Below, in pieces: positions 8,025-14,081 of a DNA stretch of 14,081 bases. Both the position numbers and the translations under genes were made by a program. The notes under the pieces were generated by a model that saw only the letters and a list, made by a program, of their open reading frames with translations, made no database searches and had not been told where the DNA came from. Position 1 is the first letter of the stretch. The number at the start of each line of letters is the position of its first letter. The stretch is from Octopus sinensis (lineage: Eukaryota), in assembly GCF_006345805.1 (NCBI RefSeq), contig NW_021825986.1, positions 1 through 14,081 of the forward strand, in the 5' to 3' direction.

Positions 8025-8373
8025 ATTTTTACCATTAATATTATTCTGCAGAGACATGAATAAGCAGAAATCCGAAGGAGCAATATCTGGTGAATATGGA
8101 GGGTGGGGTAACACATCCCAGTCGAGCTTCAGCAATTTTTGTCTGGTTCCCAAAGCATCAAGTGCCGAAAATGAACTTTCTTATCTTCTATTTTAAATGG
8201 TTACAGAATTAGCACAGGTTATAGAAACATAAACCTTCTTCTACGAAACGATAGCTTAACCTCTGCTCTAAATGGAGGTGTAGTCAAATCCTATTTTATG
8301 GACTGAACCATGTTCTAAAATAAGTCGAAACGTAAGCTACTATAAGTCGGCACAAAATTCCAGGACAACCCAA
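8025..8373 (-). mobile_element. Internally deleted mariner transposon remnant (DD34D, mellifera-like)
   Basis: Minus strand: TA|TTGGGTTGTCCTGGAA TIR; N-terminus IEDKKVHFRHLMLWE (8191-8147, ATG mutated to ATA); then, in a shifted frame, LGTRQKLLKLDWDVLPHPPYSPDIAPSDFCLFMSLQNNINGKN (8153-8025) carrying the mariner YSPD(L/I)APxD motif. Confidence 0.9.
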
Positions 8374-8383
8374 TATATATATA

Positions 8384-8607
8384 GCCAAATGTCAACCGAC
8401 AGTAAATAAAAATTCCATAAATACTCTCAGTAATTCTGTATTGACTTGAATTGAAAAATGTGTCGCTGAAGAAGAATTTCAGTTTGAACAAATTTCATGA
8501 TGTTTCATATTTAGTTGCTTTTATTAAATTCATTCATTTGTTAAACATAACATAAATCTTGGAATTAATGGTTTGATTTACTATACGGTGAAGTTTGGCC
8601 AACCCTG
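8384..8607. mobile_element. Tc1/mariner-type MITE with degenerate TIRs, lying between TA runs
   Basis: Left end GCCAAATGTCAACCGACAGTAAATAAAA vs reverse complement of the right end (CAGGGTTG)GCCAAACTTCACCGTATAGTAAATCAAA, about 21/28 matches. No ORF; TA dinucleotide runs on both sides. Confidence 0.55.
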
Positions 8608-8608
8608 T

Positions 8609-8627
8609 GTATATATATATATATATA

Positions 8628-8677
<50 letters not shown>

Positions 8678-8941
8678 TGCATACATATATAATATATATA
8701 TATTATATATATAATATATATAATTTTATATATATATATTATATATATATAATATATATAGATACATATATACATATATACATATATACTTATATATATA
8801 ATGATATATAATATATATACACATATATATACATATACATATACTATATATATTATATATATATAATATATATATATACACATATACATATACATATATA
8901 TATATATAATATAATATATATATATATACATACATACATAC

Positions 8942-9010
<69 letters not shown>

Positions 9011-9028
9011 TATATATTATATAATATA
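8609..9028. repeat. Degenerate (TA)n array, about 420 bp
   Basis: Direct inspection. Confidence 0.95.
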
Positions 9029-9735
9029 TGGTTGGGCGGGGTGTTCATAGCTACGATATATTTATAATGTAGAACTAATGGATCGGAGCTGGCCGAGGTC
9101 TAATCAACAATAACAACCGTAAAAACAGTAAAAACAGCTAGAAGAATACTTTGAATAATGAAGACTACACAAATACTCAATTATATCAATAGGGAAAAAT
9201 ATTTAATTCGGGATTGCCAGCACAGCTGAAGAGAATATTTCATTATGTATCTTCTAGTCGGCGATAACGACAACTGTAAATACAAAACTAATAATAAGAA
9301 AATATACAAACAATAATAATAATATCAGTTGTTCTTCTACCGTGTAATTCTAATTAAAATCAACAGACGATGGCAATAATGGAGAAGACAATGAATGCAA
9401 AACGCTATACTTAGAAGAGAGATGTAATTTTCAAAAACAAAAACAAGCCAAGAAAAAAAAATCATTAGAATTGTGTTGGGAAATATATTAAATTTGCGTG
9501 TGCCTTTGTTTAATTAATTGTCAAGAGATTAAAGAAATGCACAGCAAATTTACAGTAAACATTGTAATTCATGTATTTGTATAAATATACGTTTTATTTA
9601 TTTTGTTTGTTTTTTTACTTCTTTTCTATTTTCTATTTGTATCAATTGTCCAAGCAATTGTTCTAGTTACATATATGACAGCGAAGTATGAAGGAAGACA
9701 AAATTATATATATGTATATACATATTTTTTAACCC

Positions 9736-9739
<4 letters not shown>

Positions 9740-9799
<60 letters not shown>

Positions 9800-9996
9800 T
9801 AGCGAGAGAAAGTGAGCAGAGAGAGAGAGTGGAGAGGGTAGAGAGAGAGAGGGAGAAGCAGACAGACAGATACATAATACATGTATAGTATATATTTAGT
9901 ACATACATACATATATATATATATACATATATATGTGTGTGTGTGTGTATATATATGTATATATATATATGTATATATAATTATATATATATATAT

Positions 9997-10044
<48 letters not shown>

Positions 10045-10100
10045 TATATATATATGTATACATATATAAATAGATATATATATATATATATATATTTATA
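9740..10100. repeat. (TA)n / (GA)n / (TA,TG)n compound microsatellite
   Basis: Direct inspection. Confidence 0.95.
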
Positions 10101-10148
10101 AATGTTTGTATACATATTTATTTGTAGTTGATGATTCACTTCGCCGTT

Positions 10149-10190
10149 CCGCCACGCAGTTTCTCGTCACGTGCGAGACTCATCAGGCGA
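10149..10190 (-). ncRNA. Degenerate hammerhead-like motif
   Basis: Minus strand reads TCGC-CTGATGA-GTCTCGCACGTGACGA-GAAAC-TGC-GTG-GCGG. Both core boxes and a 4-bp stem I are present, but stem II is out of register and the triplet is GUG. Confidence 0.3.
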
Positions 10191-10493
10191 CAGTATTTTT
10201 GTTTTTCTCTTCCATTGCCAGATTTGTGTCACGTGTTGAGAAATTCCGAGGAGAGACAAAATGAATCGCCGACTCCGAATGGAGGTATACAAACACATAA
10301 ATAAGACTGCTAACAAGCACGTCGTTACGCCTCTTAGCAACAGAAAGTAAAAGAGACAGGACTAATGTTTGGAGATAGCAATAATAGAACGTTGATTTGA
10401 TCGTCGTTGTACATGAGCTACTCTGACATCGGAAGAGAGTAACCGAAAGGAAAACATACAAACCGAATATTTAATCGGAACTATGGAGCAGTG

Positions 10494-10838
10494 TGAAAGC
10501 ACATTGCTCAGTGGTTAGAGCGTCGGGCTCACAGTTATGAGGTAGTGAGTTCGATTCCCTGACCGAGCTGAAACTTTATTTCACAAGATACTTTATTTCA
10601 CATTGCTCCAGTTCACACAACTGTAGAAATGAGTTGCGACGTGACTGGTGTCAAGCCGTATCGGCCCGTTTGCCTTTCCCTTGGGGAACATCGGTGGTGT
10701 GGAAATGGGAGACTGGTATGCATGGGCAACCGTTGCACTTTCATAAGCAACCTTGCTTGTTCTTGTGCCTAAGGGAATAACCTTCTAAGTGCAATCCCAT
10801 GTTTATTCATGACCGAAAGGGAGTTTTTACCCTTTACC
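10494..10838 (+). mobile_element. tRNA-derived SINE, family A (CORE-type), near full length
   Basis: A box TTGCTCAGTGG (10504-14); B box GAGTTCGATTCCC (10547-59); core ACTTTATTTCACATTGCTCCAGTTCACACAACTGTAGAAATGAGT; CTTTAC-type tail. Internal 13-bp duplication ACTTTATTTCACA. Confidence 0.9.
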
Positions 10839-10844
10839 TAAGCA

Positions 10845-11045
10845 GCAGTGTACAGAGATGTCAAAAGTGAAGCTGCAAATATCATGGTTTCTTTTTCTCG
10901 AGAAGATAGACTGATGGAGAAAATATGCAGCGAAGAGGAGCTTAACCGAAATGCTGTGTGACTAGAAGAAATTCAAAGACAAAATCGTCCAAAGACATAC
11001 AGAATTGATGGCGAGATTCTTGCGATCGTAATTCAAAATCTCTTC
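10845..11045 (+). mobile_element. Possible decayed LINE ORF2 fragment (region just upstream of the RT core)
   Basis: One frame with a single stop: ...ICSEEELNRNAV*LEEIQRQNRPKTYRIDGEILAIVIQNL, loosely like the K-x-x-G-x-DG-I-x-A-x-V-L-K-N motif of CR1/L2-type ORF2. Confidence 0.25.
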
Positions 11046-11097
11046 AGGATGGAAAGCACCAGAAAGTGAATTTGGTTGACTGAAGTAACGCTGCGTA

Positions 11098-11099
11098 TC

Positions 11100-11143
<44 letters not shown>

Positions 11144-11184
11144 TATATATATATACATATATATATACATACAATATATATATA

Positions 11185-11235
<51 letters not shown>

Positions 11236-11243
11236 ATATATAT
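11098..11243. repeat. (TA)n microsatellite
   Basis: Direct inspection. Confidence 0.95.
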
Positions 11244-11323
11244 TTGTAAAAAGAAGAAGTTTGAAAATGCCACTATACTAGATAAATAGTGGCATTTTCA
11301 AACTTCTTTTTTACAAATATATA
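11237..11323. repeat. Near-perfect inverted repeat (about 38-bp stem, 9-nt loop)
   Basis: 23 consecutive perfect pairs (11254-11276 with 11286-11308), extended by one G-T pair and a 2-nt bulge out to the TA flanks. Confidence 0.95.
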
Positions 11324-11458
11324 CCCACTCGTATACGATCTAATCTTATTATAAATATATATATATGTATATACATACGCACATACATACAGACATACGT
11401 CATAAATACATACATCATATATCATATATAAATATATATGTATGTATATACATATGTA

Positions 11459-11527
11459 TGAAATGCTCTAAATGAGGGGGAATATCCCATACTCTGGGGT
11501 ATCTCAGAAACAGCTGTAAATCTTTCA
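11459..11527 (+). ncRNA. Degenerate minimal hammerhead motif within a Penelope pLTR-like remnant
   Basis: GAAAC-AGCT-GTA with palindrome ACAGCTGT and a valid GUA triplet; upper stem II ATATCCCA/TGGGGTAT; TGAAA/TTTCA in stem I. The CTGATGA box has decayed to CTAAATGA. Confidence 0.45.
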
Positions 11528-11602
11528 ATTTTTTCCAATAATAATAATGTATATAACTTGAGATGTTTGCTTGCCTTAACGTTTGTTGTCCTCTTTACGA
11601 TT

Positions 11603-11606
<4 letters not shown>

Positions 11607-11654
<48 letters not shown>

Positions 11655-11790
11655 CACATATATATATGTATGTATGTATGTATGTATATATGTATGTATA
11701 TATGTATGTATGTGTGTGTGTATGTATGTACTTTGCCTGTGTGTGCGCATACAACAGTCTATATATATGCATATGCATGCATACATAGAA
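11607..11790. repeat. (TA)n/(TATG)n/(TG)n microsatellite
   Basis: Direct inspection. Confidence 0.95.
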
Positions 11791-12320
11791 GATTGAAGAA
11801 AGCTAGAGGGAAATAAATTGCGAAGAAAGGAGAATGTATGCAAGCGTTTGCAAGGAAAGAAAGAAAAATTTTTTTGGAACAGATTCAGTAAAAAACAAAA
11901 ATTCTAAGATTCGTGTGTATGTTTGTATATGTTTTGTTTGTGAGAGTGCATGTGTGTTTGTGTGGTTGTGTGGGAAGGGTCCTACAAATAAAAATACAAA
12001 AGAGAAAAAATTGTGGAATTATTTGATATCGGACGGACATACAGTAACCAACAGCCACGATGTGAAATTGAACAAGAAGACCAGAGAGAGACAGAATGTT
12101 TGAGATAGACGCAAAGAAAAAGAAAGAGAGAGGGGAAGTGAACTAAATTGAAAGAAAAAAATGAGAGTGAAAGAAAGAGAGAAAGAGAGACAGAGTGACG
12201 GAGGTAATTATGTTGAATTGATCTTTTCTGTTTACGAGTTAAAACAAGAATCTCTATCCCAGTGGGGACCATTCAGATTACATTGAGATTCAATTTTATT
12301 GCTGACTTTATTATACATGG

Positions 12321-12344
12321 AATAATAATAATAATAATAATAAT

Positions 12345-12381
<37 letters not shown>

Positions 12382-12579
12382 GTAATACTAATAGTAATAA
12401 TAATAATGATAATAATAATAATAATGATAATAATAATAATGATGATAATAATAATAATAATAATGATAATAATAATAATAATAATAATGATAATAATAAT
12501 AATAATAATAATGATAATAACAATAATGATAATAATAATGATAACAATAATGATAATAATAATAATAATGATGATAATG

Positions 12580-12640
<61 letters not shown>

Positions 12641-12728
12641 GAAGAAGAAGAAGAAGAAGAAGAATAAGAAGAAGAAGAAGAAGAGAAGAAGAAGAATAAG
12701 AAGAAGAAGAATAAGAAGAAGAAGAAGA
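12321..12728 (+). repeat. (AAT)n array with GAT/AAC variants, switching to (GAA)n at about 12640
   Basis: Direct inspection; source of the poly-Ile, poly-Leu and poly-Tyr ORFs. Confidence 0.97.
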
Positions 12729-12955
12729 GGGATCTGTTCTTTATTAGCCACAAGGGGTCACAGTGATGGAGAAAAACGCAGAGAAACGTTAAACGGGAAA
12801 TTTATAATGATGCATGGCGTGTGACGAAGAAATTTTACGAAGATAAGAGGAGGAGTGAACGATTTTATACAATATACAATTTGAACGAATTAAAAATTTA
12901 TATAGCAGAAATATCTGACGGAAATAATATTCTTTTCTTTTCTTTTCTTTCAGAT

Positions 12956-13140
12956 CGGCGAGCTGGCAGAAGCGTTAGCACACCGGGCGAAATGCTTAGC
13001 GGCATTTCGTCTGTCTTTACGTTCTGAGTTCAAATCTTACAATTTCTGTTGTTTACTGAATTTGTTCCAAATAATTCTTTTCTTTCTCTCTTTACAAATT
13101 TTACCTTTCATCCTTTCGGGGTCGATAAATTAAGTACCAG
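12956..13140 (+). mobile_element. SINE family C copy C7, interrupted and 3'-truncated
   Basis: Head at 12956-13035, an unrelated T-rich 68 bp, then CCTTTCATCCTTTCGGGGTCGATAAATTAAGTACCAG at 13104-13140. Confidence 0.85.
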
Positions 13141-13216
13141 ACGCGTAGTCATGATGGGTATATTGGGCTTCGTGTATTTCACCCCAGTGTCACTTTGATG
13201 GCATGCACTGCTCTCT
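13141..13216 (-). mobile_element. Fragment of another interspersed repeat, family unassigned
   Basis: Minus strand AGAGAGCAGTGCATGCCATCAAAGTGACACTGGGGTGAAATACACGAAGCCCAATATACCCATCATGACTACGCGT is recalled as a common octopus repeat. There is no second copy in this window. Confidence 0.4.
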
Positions 13217-13252
13217 TACTCATACTACTACTATTACTACTACTACTACTAC

Positions 13253-13286
<34 letters not shown>

Positions 13287-13291
13287 TATTA

Positions 13292-13342
<51 letters not shown>
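13217..13342. repeat. (TAC)n-(TAA)n-(TTA)n microsatellite
   Basis: Direct inspection. Confidence 0.95.
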
Positions 13343-13343
<1 letters not shown>

Positions 13344-13348
13344 AATCT

Positions 13349-13561
13349 AAGATGGAAATTGTTCCTCTGGTAATAGTTGCACTTAGCACAGCACTCAAAC
13401 TGCTAAGAGGGTGAAGGGCACTAGAATTGAGACTCACATTGTCGACCGGCAGACATTTGCCACTTTGTAATCTTGAAGAATTCTAAGAAAGATTCTTGTG
13501 ATTTTAGGAGACTTGTTGCAACCAAACCCCAGAACAACATTCCTGCTAATTAACTTAGCAC
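13349..13561 (+). mobile_element. 3'-terminal remnant of an RLE-type non-LTR retrotransposon (R4/Dong-like)
   Basis: KMEIVPLVIVALSTALK resembles the RLE motif V.PIVIGALG. After a frameshift comes RILRKIL (compare RILRKVL at the ORF end), a short UTR, and a triplet-repeat tail. Confidence 0.5.
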
Positions 13562-13648
13562 GTAATAGCAGCAGAAGCAACAGCAGCAGCAGCAGCAGCA
13601 GCAGTAATAGTAGTGGTAGTGGTAGTAGTAGTAGTAGTAGTAGTAGCA
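13562..13648 (+). repeat. (AGC)n/(AGT)n trinucleotide tract
   Basis: Direct inspection. Confidence 0.9.
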
Positions 13649-13879
13649 GTTTCTTTTATTATTATCAAAATTACGATTGACGGAAGGATAGTATAAGAAA
13701 AAATTACAAAAATTGTGATAGACTGCATAGCAAGAGAATGCACGCCGACAAAAGTAAATATATCTTATATTGAAATAGCAAGAGACACACTCTGACCTAG
13801 GGAGGTGAAAGGACTTGGCAGAACCAGCATAACCTGAACTTTCGAGTATGTCTTCCATTTATGCTCTCACAGCAACAAG

Positions 13880-14081
13880 CAATGACCGAGGTTCCGTTTC
13901 CTCCGTTTGTTCTCACCCCTTACACCAACCTTCCAAGGAGTTCTTTAGTGGGTAGTGCCTTTCTTTTCATCTTTTTCTTCATCACTAAGAGAAAGTTGAA
14001 TAAACTGATGTATACCTTTCGAAAGACGAATACCTTTATCATCATTCTATTCTAATTTCTTCACCATACAAAAGACAACGG
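13880..14081 (-). mobile_element. Possible highly decayed RTE-type LINE C-terminal fragment
   Basis: Minus-strand KALPTKELLGRLV*GVRTNGG loosely resembles the RTE motif RLPKQLLYGEL..G.R..GG; many stops. Confidence 0.2.

Noticed and set aside
8056-8196. Plus-strand ORF MNKQKSEGAISGEYGGWGNT... with acceptor and donor-like sites
   Set aside because: It is the antisense of the mariner transposase remnant.
8466-9260. Isolated CTGAAGA at about 8466 and 9226 (also CTGATGA at 6091 and minus-strand CTGAAGA at about 11048)
   Set aside because: None has a stem II followed by GAAA, so these are chance heptamers.
12262-12753. Poly-Ile/Arg, poly-Leu and poly-Tyr ORFs
   Set aside because: Translations of the (AAT)n(GAA)n array.
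13438-13542. Minus-strand 105-nt exon-like segment with a GTGAGT donor (MLFWGLVATSLL...)
   Set aside because: No polypyrimidine tract, two frames are equally open, and it is antisense to the RLE-LINE remnant.

Overview
Non-coding, AT-rich animal DNA (intron or intergenic), densely filled with microsatellites and transposon remnants. The SINE families and the heavy (TA)/(CA)/(AAT) load fit a coleoid cephalopod, probably Octopus. That taxon call is inferred from recalled repeat consensus sequences, not from a search. No complete protein-coding gene can be supported, and almost all ORF-track entries are microsatellite read-through. Supported content: about 16 copies or fragments of three tRNA-derived SINE families (called A, B and C here); an internally deleted mariner transposase remnant with a YSPD motif and one TIR; a Tc1/mariner-like MITE; a 5'-truncated tRNA-Ile(AAT) pseudogene; a probable R4/Dong LINE 3' end; and one plausible Cys-rich exon on the minus strand. 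The most interesting signals are: (i) family C SINEs inserted into copies of their own family at the same internal site, once with a perfect 16-bp TSD; (ii) up to three degenerate Penelope-type hammerhead ribozyme motifs; (iii) a 74-bp, 96% identical duplicated segment that lies directly 3' of a family C SINE in both copies; (iv) a near-perfect 87-nt hairpin. All alignments and counts were done by eye.
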